Origin: Verrucomicrobiota bacterium
Lineage (GTDB): Bacteria > Verrucomicrobiota > Verrucomicrobiia > Limisphaerales > CANJXF01
Assembly (NCBI GenBank): GCA_038214755.1
Contig: JBBQRQ010000098.1
Coordinates: 1 to 19,162, forward strand
DNA length: 19,162 nt
Direction: 5' to 3'
The stretch's first letter is position 1. Each line of letters begins with the position of its first letter. A program made the translations under genes and the position numbers. The notes beneath the pieces are model-generated. The model searched no databases, was not told where the DNA came from, and saw only the letters and a list, made by a program, of their open reading frames with translations. Positions 1 to 8,329 of this stretch are shown here, piece by piece.

Positions 1-42
1 CCCTCTCCCCCGAGGAGCAACGGTGTTCAAAAGCAAAGGAAA

Positions 43-1002
43 TTAAGCGGGTTGGATTTTGGTTTTTTGGCAATGGAGGGCGTGTTCTTTGAGGAGGCGA
101 TTCATTTGGAGGAGGAGTTTGCGCATGACCGCAGTGAGGGCGACCTTGGCCGGTTTGCCGGACGCGCGCAGATGCGCATAAAATTTACCCAGGGTGGTTT
201 GCTTCATCCGGGCCAATCCCACGGCGCTCATGTAGAGAGCGCGTCGCACCGCCGCACGACCGCCGCCAATATGGCGCTGGCCTTCCCAAGGACCGCTCTG
301 CCTGACCCACGGGGCCAGTCCCGCCAAGGCAGCGGCCTCCTGGCGGTTGAGCTGGCCCAGTTCCGGCAGGTGGCTTAACACGCTTAAGGCCGTGACGGTT
401 CCCACTGCCTCCAGCGTGGTGAGTTGCTGGACTTGCTCCTGAATGTAGGGCGCGCGATCCAGCGCCTTTTCACATTCTTTTTCCACCTCGGTCAATTGTT
501 TTTCCAAGTGGGCCACCAGCTTTTTTTGTTGCCGCGCCACGAAGGCGGGAACGCCGTGCTCCACCACTTGGCGGGCCCGGCTCAGATGTTCTTTGAGGTG
601 GTCGCGCCATTGCACCAGAGCCCGCAGTTCGACCCGGGCCGGCTCGCTCGGAGGCGTGGGCTCAGGGCGCAGAGCCACGCCGTAGGCGGTGAGAACCTGC
701 GCATCGAGCGGATCATTTTTAGCGCGTTGACCCTGAGCCAGGGCGAAGTGGCGGACCAGGGCGGGGTTGAGCACACTCACGGCCCGACCGGCGGCGTGGA
801 GCGCGGCGACGACACCTTTTTCATAGCCACCAGTCGCTTCGCAGACGATCTGCAGGCCGGGGAGGGCGCGGATCTTTTTGAGGAGATCGGCATAGCCTTT
901 GGGATTATTGTCCAGGACGTGGTGGACGTTTTGGAGGTGGAGTTGGAGGGTGGCTTTGGCAATATCCAACCCGGCATAGACGGTGGTGTTTTTTTCGTTC
1001 AT
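43..1002 (-). CDS. IS110-family DEDD transposase / bridge recombinase (319 aa)
   Basis: RuvC-like DEDD motifs GLDIAK, VCEATGGY and AKNDPLDA. C-terminal Tnp domain with AALAGLAPWVRQSG (catalytic Ser position) and GKPAKVALTAVMRKLL. ATG at 1002 (MNEKNTTVYAGLD) is preferred over the ORF-track start at 1044. Confidence 0.96.
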   Translation of the reverse strand: MNEKNTTVYAGLDIAKATLQLHLQNVHHVLDNNPKGYADLLKKIRALPGLQIVCEATGGYEKGVVAALHAAGRAVSVLNPALVRHFALAQGQRAKNDPLDAQVLTAYGVALRPEPTPPSEPARVELRALVQWRDHLKEHLSRARQVVEHGVPAFVARQQKKLVAHLEKQLTEVEKECEKALDRAPYIQEQVQQLTTLEAVGTVTALSVLSHLPELGQLNRQEAAALAGLAPWVRQSGPWEGQRHIGGGRAAVRRALYMSAVGLARMKQTTLGKFYAHLRASGKPAKVALTAVMRKLLLQMNRLLKEHALHCQKTKIQPA

Positions 1003-1009
1003 TTTATTA

Positions 1010-1220
1010 ATATTGTTCGATCTCTGACTTGCACATTCGAGCACGACGCGCCTGGTGGCGTGACGGCTCCATCAACGGTTCGAGTGCGGACAAGAAGGCC
1101 CGAGCGGCTCTGGCTCCTCGACAAACGTGGAAACGTTTCAGAGGGCAACGAGCGCGCCCGCGCCGCCGCCGTCCCCCCGGCCGGGGGGACGGCGGCCCCA
1201 TCTTCCCGTTCGGCGGAAAG
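1010..1220 (-). ncRNA. Predicted bridge RNA of the IS110 element (5' hairpins, target-binding loop, donor-binding loop); ends approximate
   Basis: Minus strand contains guide-like segments TTGCCCTCT (1148-1140) and CGAGGAG (1120-1114) around the stem AAACGT-TTCC-ACGTTT, and ACCGTTG (1079-1073) and TGTGCAAG (1035-1028) around a second stem. These match the reconstructed target and donor junctions. Confidence 0.85.
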
Positions 1221-1378
1221 CCAAACAAGAAAGATGAAAACAAACATACAAGAGGGAACCGGCAATCGACATTTCTTGGAAGTTCGGAAGCTCGTTGTGT
1301 CATCCCCGCGTTTTGGTTATTCGCAGCGGAAGACAGACAAAGACCCAGGTATCGACATTAACAGAACGCGGCGAAGAT

Positions 1379-1413
1379 TCTCCCTCTCCTCGGAGGAGAG
1401 GGGCGGGGTGAGG
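1379..1413 (+). repeat. REP-like palindrome (CCCTCTCCT-CGG-AGGAGAGGG followed by GCGGGGTGAGG); inverted partner of the copy interrupted by the IS110
   Basis: 9-bp hairpin at 1382-1402. Its reverse complement CCCTCTCCTCCGAGGAGAGGG differs by 1 nt from the reconstructed pre-insertion site CCCTCTCCCCCGAGGAGAGGG (1-17 joined to 1253-1256). Confidence 0.8.
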
Positions 1414-1427
1414 TCGAACGTTTCTTT

Positions 1428-2393
1428 TTACTGATTGATTCTGGCTGAGAGAATCGTCGCCCGCCTTTCAATGAATTGCGCCATGATGCTCACGGCAATT
1501 TCCTCCACGCTCCGCGATTGAATTTTAATTCCAACCGGACACGCGACGCGCTGGAGTTGTTCTCTCGTGGCAATTTTTTCTTCCAAAAAGTGATCGAAAA
1601 TAATTTGCGCTTTGCGCGCGCTGCCGATCATCCCGATGAAAGAAAAATCTTTTTGAATCCAGTCATTCAGAACCAAGGCGTCGTGGCGATGACCACGCGT
1701 GACGATCAGACCAAAGCTCGGCGCGTCCGGCAGCCGTTCCCCAAGAAGTTTTTCCCAGACATCGGCGCGCAACGAAATTTCACTCGGAAAATAATTGTGA
1801 TTGGCGAGCGCGGGTCGGTCGTCGAAAACGGTCACGGCAAAATCGAGTTGTGCAGCGAGCGGCGCGACGGCTTGGGCGATGTGGCCTGCGCCCGCGATCC
1901 AGAGGGCACATGGCGGAGTGATTGTTTCGTGATAGAGCCAGTCTGAATCAGGAAAGTGAGAAAGTGAGAAAGTGGGTGAGTGGGAGTCGAGGCGCACGAG
2001 ATCAAAGTTCTTCTTCACGCCCCAATCGAGGGATGATTTTCGCTCGGCAAGTTCACCCCAAAATTTATCTCCGACCTTTTGCGCGTTTGATAAAATCACT
2101 CCGAAAACTTTTCCGCCGCAAATCAGTCCATCGTCCCAGCCGAAATCATGATCGAGCAGCAAATCAAATGTAGAAGACTCGCCCGTTTGCAGCGAGCGAA
2201 TCGCGCGCTGTTGAATTTCCGCCTCGAGACAACCGCCGCCGAGCGTCCCGACGATTCGACCATCGAGATAAAATAAAGCTTTCGCTCCGATTTTTTGCGG
2301 GCTGGAACCTTTGACGCCAGTGATAATTCCCAGCGAAACTTTTTCTGGTTGGCGGGCGGCGTCGGCCAGCGCCGCGAAGACCGATGGTTTCAT
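1428..2393 (-). CDS. xdhC: XdhC/CoxI family molybdoenzyme (xanthine/CO dehydrogenase) maturation factor
   Basis: Motifs GSSPQKIGAK, GTLGGGCLE, GLICGG, IAGAGHIA, VFDDRP, VTRGHRHD, IGMIGSARK, CPVGI and EEIAVSIMAQ. ATG at 2393 (MKPSVF) avoids overlap with the upstream gene. Confidence 0.9.
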   Translation of the reverse strand: MKPSVFAALADAARQPEKVSLGIITGVKGSSPQKIGAKALFYLDGRIVGTLGGGCLEAEIQQRAIRSLQTGESSTFDLLLDHDFGWDDGLICGGKVFGVILSNAQKVGDKFWGELAERKSSLDWGVKKNFDLVRLDSHSPTFSLSHFPDSDWLYHETITPPCALWIAGAGHIAQAVAPLAAQLDFAVTVFDDRPALANHNYFPSEISLRADVWEKLLGERLPDAPSFGLIVTRGHRHDALVLNDWIQKDFSFIGMIGSARKAQIIFDHFLEEKIATREQLQRVACPVGIKIQSRSVEEIAVSIMAQFIERRATILSARINQ

Positions 2394-2433
2394 TTTGCGC
2401 CGATGATTTGGAAAAAATCTTTCACTCCTTAAA

Positions 2434-2931
2434 CTATTTTTTCTCCAACTCCTTTTTCTCCAATTCTTTTTTATCGAGGTCTTTCTTATCAAGCTCTTTG
2501 AGTTTTTTTACCGCCTGGCTGTTGCCGTTGGTCGCGGAGGAATAAAGCCATTTTCGCGCAAGCTTCGGATCTTTTTCCAAACCGTCGCCCGTCAGATAAC
2601 GCATGCCCAAATCGTATTGCGCCGATGGTGCGCCGGATTCCGCGCGTTTTTTTTGAAACTCGATGGTCTTGCGCAGCATCTCATCTTTTTGCTCCTTGGT
2701 TTTTTCGGGAACGACATTGGTCAAGATCGGCAAAGGCGGAGGAGTCGTTGTGATGCGCGGGGTCGCTGGAGGAGCGGGCGTGGCAGGCGCGCCAGGTTGG
2801 GAGGGTTGAACGAGCGTGTTGTCAGGGTTAACAACTCGGCGGGTTAATTTTCGCGCTTGTGCGCTGGCTGTAAATTCAACGGCGAAACAGGTGAGGAGAA
2901 TGACGAACGCGCTGACACGAAATGTTTTCAT
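2434..2931 (-). CDS. Secreted Sel1-like repeat protein with Pro-rich linker
   Basis: N-terminal signal peptide (MKTFRVSAFVILL...ASA), Pro/Thr-rich segment, Sel1 repeat AESGAPSAQYDLGMRYLTGDGLEKDPKLARKWLYSSATNGN, and a KKELE-type repeated tail. Confidence 0.8.
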   Translation of the reverse strand: MKTFRVSAFVILLTCFAVEFTASAQARKLTRRVVNPDNTLVQPSQPGAPATPAPPATPRITTTPPPLPILTNVVPEKTKEQKDEMLRKTIEFQKKRAESGAPSAQYDLGMRYLTGDGLEKDPKLARKWLYSSATNGNSQAVKKLKELDKKDLDKKELEKKELEKK

Positions 2932-3039
2932 AGGCGTGGCGAAGTTTAACGAGATTGAATTCGTTGTCGAATCGAACTTTGACAGCTTTCAGACTTGAGT
3001 ATCAACCGGACCGTCGCATGATGAAAGACGTTTTCCAAG

Positions 3040-3939
3040 GTGAATCCGAACCCCAAAATCTTTTCCGCAGGCGCAAATTTTCGCAAAGCGTTAAAGCGCG
3101 AACGTCCTCTCCAGATTGCCGGCACGATCAACGCGTACTGCGCATTGCTCGCGGAAAGAGCCGGTTTCCGCGCCATTTATCTCTCCGGCGCGGGCGTCGC
3201 CAATGCGTCTTACGGATTTCCCGATTTGGGCGTCACCACTTTGGAAAATATTTTGGAAGACGTGCGGCGAATTACCGGCGCGACAAAGTTGCCCTTGCTC
3301 GTTGACGCCGACACCGGCTGGAGCAATCCGCGAAAAACCGTTCGCGAAATGATTCGAGCGGGCGCGGCGGGAATTCATCTCGAAGATCAAGTTGAAACCA
3401 AACGTTGCGGACATCGACCGAACAAACAATTGGTCGGCTGCGACGAAATGATTGCACGCATCAAATCAGCGGTAGCGGGAAAAACGGATTTGGATTTTGT
3501 CGTGATGGCCCGGACGGATGCGGTGGCGGGAGAAGGATTGGAGCGAGGGATCGCGCGGGCGTGCGCCTACCGGGATGCGGGAGCGGACATGATTTTTGCC
3601 GAAGCGCTGACCGACTTGAGCCAATACAAACAGTTCAGCGAGGCGGTAAAAATTCCTGTCCTGGCGAACATCACCGAGTTTGGGAAGACGCCGCTTTACA
3701 CGACGGAGGAACTGGCAGCGGCGAAAGTCTCGCTTGCCCTTTATCCATTGTCCGCCTTTCGCGCGATGAGCGCCGCCGCGTTGAATGCCTATCGAACGAT
3801 TCGCTCTCGCGGGACGCAAAAAGATCTGTTGCCACAAATGCAAACGCGCGCCGAACTTTATGAAATTTTAAATTACGAGGCGTGCGAGAAAAAATTGGAT
3901 GACCAATTGAAGTCGAGAGTCAGAAGAGTTAAAAATTAA
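3040..3939 (+). CDS. prpB: 2-methylisocitrate lyase
   Basis: [30 protein letters not shown], catalytic [31 protein letters not shown] and [12 protein letters not shown] start; adjacent to prpC. Confidence 0.95.
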   Translation: MNPNPKIFSAGANFRKALKRERPLQIAGTINAYCALLAERAGFRAIYLSGAGVANASYGFPDLGVTTLENILEDVRRITGATKLPLLVDADTGWSNPRKTVREMIRAGAAGIHLEDQVETKRCGHRPNKQLVGCDEMIARIKSAVAGKTDLDFVVMARTDAVAGEGLERGIARACAYRDAGADMIFAEALTDLSQYKQFSEAVKIPVLANITEFGKTPLYTTEELAAAKVSLALYPLSAFRAMSAAALNAYRTIRSRGTQKDLLPQMQTRAELYEILNYEACEKKLDDQLKSRVRRVKN

Positions 3940-3952
3940 AAAAAATTTAAGC

Positions 3953-5062
3953 ATGAGCACTGAGAAAAAAACGGGCGGCCTCGCTGGAGTGGTTGCCGGA
4001 CAAACCTCGATTTGCACGGTCGGTAAAGAAGGCGTCGGACTGACTTATCGCGGCTATTCCATCGAAGAGTTGGCGGAGAAATCCACCTTTGAAGAAGTCG
4101 CCTACCTGCTGATTTACGGAAAACTCCCGACGCCTGCCGAACTCGACGGCTATAAAAAGAAACTCATTTCTCTGCGCGGGCTTCCCGCAAAGTTGAAAAC
4201 CGTTTTGGAACAATTGCCAGCCGAGGCGCATCCGATGGACGTGTTGCGCACCGGATGTTCTGCGCTTGGCTGTCTCGAACCGGAAAACAAAACGCACGAT
4301 CAATTTCAAATTTCTGACCGCCTGCTCGCGCTCTTTCCGCCGATGCTGCTTTATTGGTTTCATTTTGCGAACCACGGCAAGCGAATCGAAACCCAAACCG
4401 ACGATCCGAATATCGCCTCACATTTTCTCCATCTATTGCACGGCAAACCGGCGGATGATTTGCAGATTCGCGCAATGGATGCTTCGCTGATTCTTTACGC
4501 TGAACACGAATTCAACGCATCCACTTTTGCCGCGCGCATCACCGCTTCCACCCTCGCCGATTTTTATTCGGCCATCACGTCCGGCATCGGCGCGTTGCGC
4601 GGAAACCTTCATGGCGGCGCCAACGAGGCCGCGATGGAGTTGATTGAAAAATTCCAAACGGCGGACGAGGCCGAATCCGGCTTGATGAAAATGCTCACCG
4701 AAAAACAACTCATCATGGGCTTCGGCCATCGCGTTTATAAAACGTCTGACCCACGCTCCCCCGTGATCAAAAATTGGGCGAAGAAATTAGCGGATGCGGC
4801 CGGCGACAAAAAAATTTACGCAATCTCCGAGCGAATCGAATCGGTCATGTGGCGAGAAAAGAAACTTTTTCCGAACCTGGATTTTTACAGCGCGGCGGCG
4901 TATCATTTCTGCGGAATTCCAACGCCGCTCTTCACCCCGATTTTTGTCATCGCGCGAACGTCAGGCTGGTCGGCGCACATCATGGAGCAACGAGAGAATA
5001 ATCGTTTAATTCGACCGACCGCTGATTATATTGGTCCGCAGCCGCGACCGTTTCCACGATGA
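3953..5062 (+). CDS. prpC: 2-methylcitrate synthase (citrate synthase family)
   Basis: GLAGVVAGQT, LTYRGY, HPMDVLRTG, LILYAEHEFNASTF, LHGGANE, MGFGHRVY, DPR and FPNLDF. Lies between prpB and prpD. Confidence 0.93.
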   Translation: MSTEKKTGGLAGVVAGQTSICTVGKEGVGLTYRGYSIEELAEKSTFEEVAYLLIYGKLPTPAELDGYKKKLISLRGLPAKLKTVLEQLPAEAHPMDVLRTGCSALGCLEPENKTHDQFQISDRLLALFPPMLLYWFHFANHGKRIETQTDDPNIASHFLHLLHGKPADDLQIRAMDASLILYAEHEFNASTFAARITASTLADFYSAITSGIGALRGNLHGGANEAAMELIEKFQTADEAESGLMKMLTEKQLIMGFGHRVYKTSDPRSPVIKNWAKKLADAAGDKKIYAISERIESVMWREKKLFPNLDFYSAAAYHFCGIPTPLFTPIFVIARTSGWSAHIMEQRENNRLIRPTADYIGPQPRPFPR

Positions 5063-5072
5063 TTGAAAACGT

Positions 5073-5951
<879 letters not shown>

Positions 5952-5957
5952 AGGAAC

Positions 5958-6333
5958 GGGTTGCATCTCCTCTGGGGGTGCGAAGACCTTTCTTATTTCT
6001 CATTTCGATGTTCGATGTTCAGTGCTCGAGGTGTGGGAATTAAAACCAACATCGAACGCTCAACATCGAATGGTTTTTTCGCACCCGCCGGAGGCAGATG
6101 CTACCCGGTCGCGAGTAAAGCCGTGGATGAGAAAACGTTTCGGCGCGATTTGATTCGCCAAAAATTTCCGAGGCGAAAAATAAATACAGCGCGATAAAAA
6201 TCGGGAGTTTTATTTTAATTCAAACAGTTGGCTGGGTAGCATCTGCCTCCGGCGGGTGCGAATTCACCTTTGAGGTTTACCGTTGGATGTTCAGTGTTCG
6301 ATGTTATTTGTTTTTCCAACATCGAACATCCAA
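5958..6333. repeat. Composite intergenic repeat: three alternating copies of a 29-bp GTAG-type REP (GGGTAGCATCTGCCTCCGGCGGGTGCGAA) plus two inverted arrays of TTCGATG-like heptamers
   Basis: Degenerate copy at 5958-5984 and exact reverse-complement pair at 6078-6106 / 6234-6262. Heptamer arrays at 6004-6031 vs 6050-6070 and at 6283-6303 vs 6320-6333. Confidence 0.85.
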
Positions 6334-6385
6334 ACTAGTGATTCTTGCCACGGCGCATGATTTCCAAAACATTTCGTGAACACCC

Positions 6386-7888
6386 ATGAGTTCCATCTCT
6401 TCCCCAAACGCGCGTCCCGCGCCCGACGAGTTATTGACTCAAATCGCGAATTACGTTTGCGATTTTGAAATCACCAGCCGCGAAGCGTATGAGACGGCGC
6501 GCTACTGTTTGATGGACACATTAGGCTGCGGAATTTTGGCGTTGAACTATCCGGCCTGCACAAAACTTCTCGGACCAATTGTTCCCGGCACGATTGTTCC
6601 AAACGGCAGTCGCGTTCCCGGAACCAATTTTGAATTAGATCCCGTTTTAGCGGCGTTCAACATCGGCTGCATTATTCGGTGGCTCGATTTCAACGACACC
6701 TGGCTCGCAGCGGAATGGGGGCATCCATCCGATAACCTCGGCGGAATTTTAGCCGTGGCGGATTTTGTGAGTCGGAACGGCTGTAGCCGCCGACGTGAGA
6801 AGCCGGATCGTAAGACAGATTCGCCCGTTCTGCCTCCTCACGTCGGCGGTTACACCATGCACGACGTTTTGACCGCGATGATCAAGGCGCACGAAATTCA
6901 GGGAATACTCGCGCTGCAAAATAGTTTCAATCGCGTCGGACTCGACCACGTCATCCTCGTGCGCATCGCTTCCACCGCAGTCGTTACTCAAATGCTAGGC
7001 GGAACGCGCGAGCAAATTATAAACGCGATTTCAAATGCATGGCTCGATGGCGGAGCTTTGCGGACCTATCGCCACGCGCCGAACACTGGTTCGCGAAAAT
7101 CGTGGGCCGCAGGCGATGCGACGGCGCGCGCGGTGCAACATGCGTTCATGGCGATCAAAGGCGAGATGGGTTATCCGTCCGCGCTTTCGACGAAGGGCTG
7201 GGGGTTTCAAGACGTTCTCTTTCGCGGCCAGGAAATAAAATTGTCGCGACCGCTTGGTTCGTACGTGATCGAACATGTGCTTTTCAAAATTGCATTCCCC
7301 GCTGAGTTTCACGCGCAAACCGCAGTGGAAGCTGCATTCAAATTACATCCGCTCGTGAAAGATCGTTTCGGCGAGATTGAAAAAATTTCACTTCACACGC
7401 ACGAATCCGCCATCCGCATCATCGACAAATCCGGCCCGCTGCATAATCCCGCCGACCGCGATCACTGTCTGCAATACATGATGGCGATTGGATTGCTCTT
7501 CGGCGAACTCACGGCGGATCATTACGAAGATAAAATCGCGCGGGATCTACGCGTCGATGCGTTGCGCGCAAAAATGGTGGTGCAGGAAGAGTCGCGTTAC
7601 AGCCAGGAATATTTGGAGCCGGAGAAACGTTCGATTGCCAATGCGATTCAGATTTTTTTTACGGACGGAACTGCGACGGAAAAAATTGAAGTCGAATATC
7701 CCACCGGACACCGTCGTCGCCGCCAGGAAGCGATTCCGTTGTTGTTGGAAAAATTCAAAACGAATCTGGCGACGAAATTTTCTGACAAACAGGTGGAGAA
7801 AATTTTGCAGCTTTGTAGTGATACAAATCGCCTTCAAGCAACATCCGTAAGTGATTTCGTGAAACAGTTTGTCCTGAAGGAAAATTAG
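6386..7888 (+). CDS. prpD: 2-methylcitrate dehydratase (MmgE/PrpD family), with an in-frame palindromic insertion
   Basis: [81 protein letters not shown] and [10 protein letters not shown]. Confidence 0.96.
   Translation: MSSISSPNARPAPDELLTQIANYVCDFEITSREAYETARYCLMDTLGCGILALNYPACTKLLGPIVPGTIVPNGSRVPGTNFELDPVLAAFNIGCIIRWLDFNDTWLAAEWGHPSDNLGGILAVADFVSRNGCSRRREKPDRKTDSPVLPPHVGGYTMHDVLTAMIKAHEIQGILALQNSFNRVGLDHVILVRIASTAVVTQMLGGTREQIINAISNAWLDGGALRTYRHAPNTGSRKSWAAGDATARAVQHAFMAIKGEMGYPSALSTKGWGFQDVLFRGQEIKLSRPLGSYVIEHVLFKIAFPAEFHAQTAVEAAFKLHPLVKDRFGEIEKISLHTHESAIRIIDKSGPLHNPADRDHCLQYMMAIGLLFGELTADHYEDKIARDLRVDALRAKMVVQEESRYSQEYLEPEKRSIANAIQIFFTDGTATEKIEVEYPTGHRRRRQEAIPLLLEKFKTNLATKFSDKQVEKILQLCSDTNRLQATSVSDFVKQFVLKEN
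6782..6854. repeat. GTAG-type palindromic (REP doublet-like) element inside the prpD coding sequence
   Basis: Arms TGTAGCCGCCGACGTGAGAAGCCGGA (6782-6807) and TCTGCCTCCTCACGTCGGCGGTTACA (6829-6854) are reverse complements at 22/26 positions. Confidence 0.85.
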
Positions 7889-7904
7889 CGGGAGTCGTTT
7901 GGCT

Positions 7905-8150
7905 TTACCGGATTCGTTTACTTTTTTTCCCACGCAAAACGTTGGCAGGTTTCTCCACTCCCGCCACAAGTTGCAAGTTGACCCAACGCGACGCCCCGCT
8001 GGGCAGAGCGACTTGCACGACACGTTCGTTGGGCATAATCCAAATGAAATCCTGGTGAGGCACCAACAATCGTTCACCATTGGCCATGATTAACCAAAAG
8101 GCTTCAAACGGCTGGCTCTGCACAAATTCTTTGAGTTGCTCTATGTTCAT
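7905..8150 (-). CDS. Small hypothetical protein (81 aa)
   Basis: ATG at 8150 gives MNIEQLKEFVQSQPFEAFWLIMANGERLLVPHQDF. The QPF-x-F-x(4)-G-x(4)-V-x-H pattern resembles small uncharacterised proteins I recall from Planctomycetes/Verrucomicrobia. It fits between prpD and the 8230-8290 repeat without overlap. Confidence 0.7.
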   Translation of the reverse strand: MNIEQLKEFVQSQPFEAFWLIMANGERLLVPHQDFIWIMPNERVVQVALPSGASRWVNLQLVAGVEKPANVLRGKKSKRIR

Positions 8151-8229
8151 ACGTCCACTATGCGAACCGAAAATGCGGCTGTCAATTTGCGCCTCTCTCG
8201 TCGCCTCACATTTTCGCGACAGAAACGGA

Positions 8230-8290
8230 GCGCCGGTTTGCCACCGGCTTTTTACTGGATCGGTACGCAAAGCCGGTGGCAAATCGGCGC
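8230..8290. repeat. Inverted repeat / REP doublet downstream of the aminotransferase gene (may also act as a terminator)
   Basis: GCGCCGGTTTGCCACCGGCTTT (8230-8251) and AAAGCCGGTGGCAAATCGGCGC (8269-8290) are 21/22 complementary, and each arm is itself a small hairpin. Confidence 0.8.
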
Positions 8291-8329
8291 ACCCGCGTAT
8301 TGAGATTTGAGTTGATGAAATATCCTCCG

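Larger units (their letters stand above)
16..1252 (-). mobile_element. Complete IS110-family insertion sequence (IS621-like layout: long non-coding end upstream of the recombinase), bounded by a repeated CT core
   Basis: AG (CT on the minus strand) lies at both 16-17 and 1251-1252. Removing the element restores the hairpin CCCTCTCC-CCCGA-GGAGAGGG, which resembles the intact repeat at 1382-1402. No long terminal inverted repeats; carries a DEDD recombinase ORF. Confidence 0.92.

Noticed and set aside
999..1361. Short ORFs over the IS110 non-coding end (999-1265, 1007-1303, 1029-1361)
   Set aside because: Low-complexity translations of GC-rich hairpins that cross the element boundary at 1252. 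The region is better explained as structured RNA.
424..1434. 336-aa plus-strand ORF
   Set aside because: Antisense shadow of the IS110 transposase that runs across the IS boundary and the REP, with no recognisable motifs.
2979..3005. Sigma70 promoter for prpB (TTGACA ... TATCAA)
   Set aside because: The spacer is only 15 bp and the -10 is weak, so support is too thin to list as a feature.
5958..6333. CRISPR array
   Set aside because: The 29-bp repeats alternate in orientation with about 90-130-bp gaps, another copy is dispersed 5.5 kb away, and there are no cas genes. This fits REP elements.
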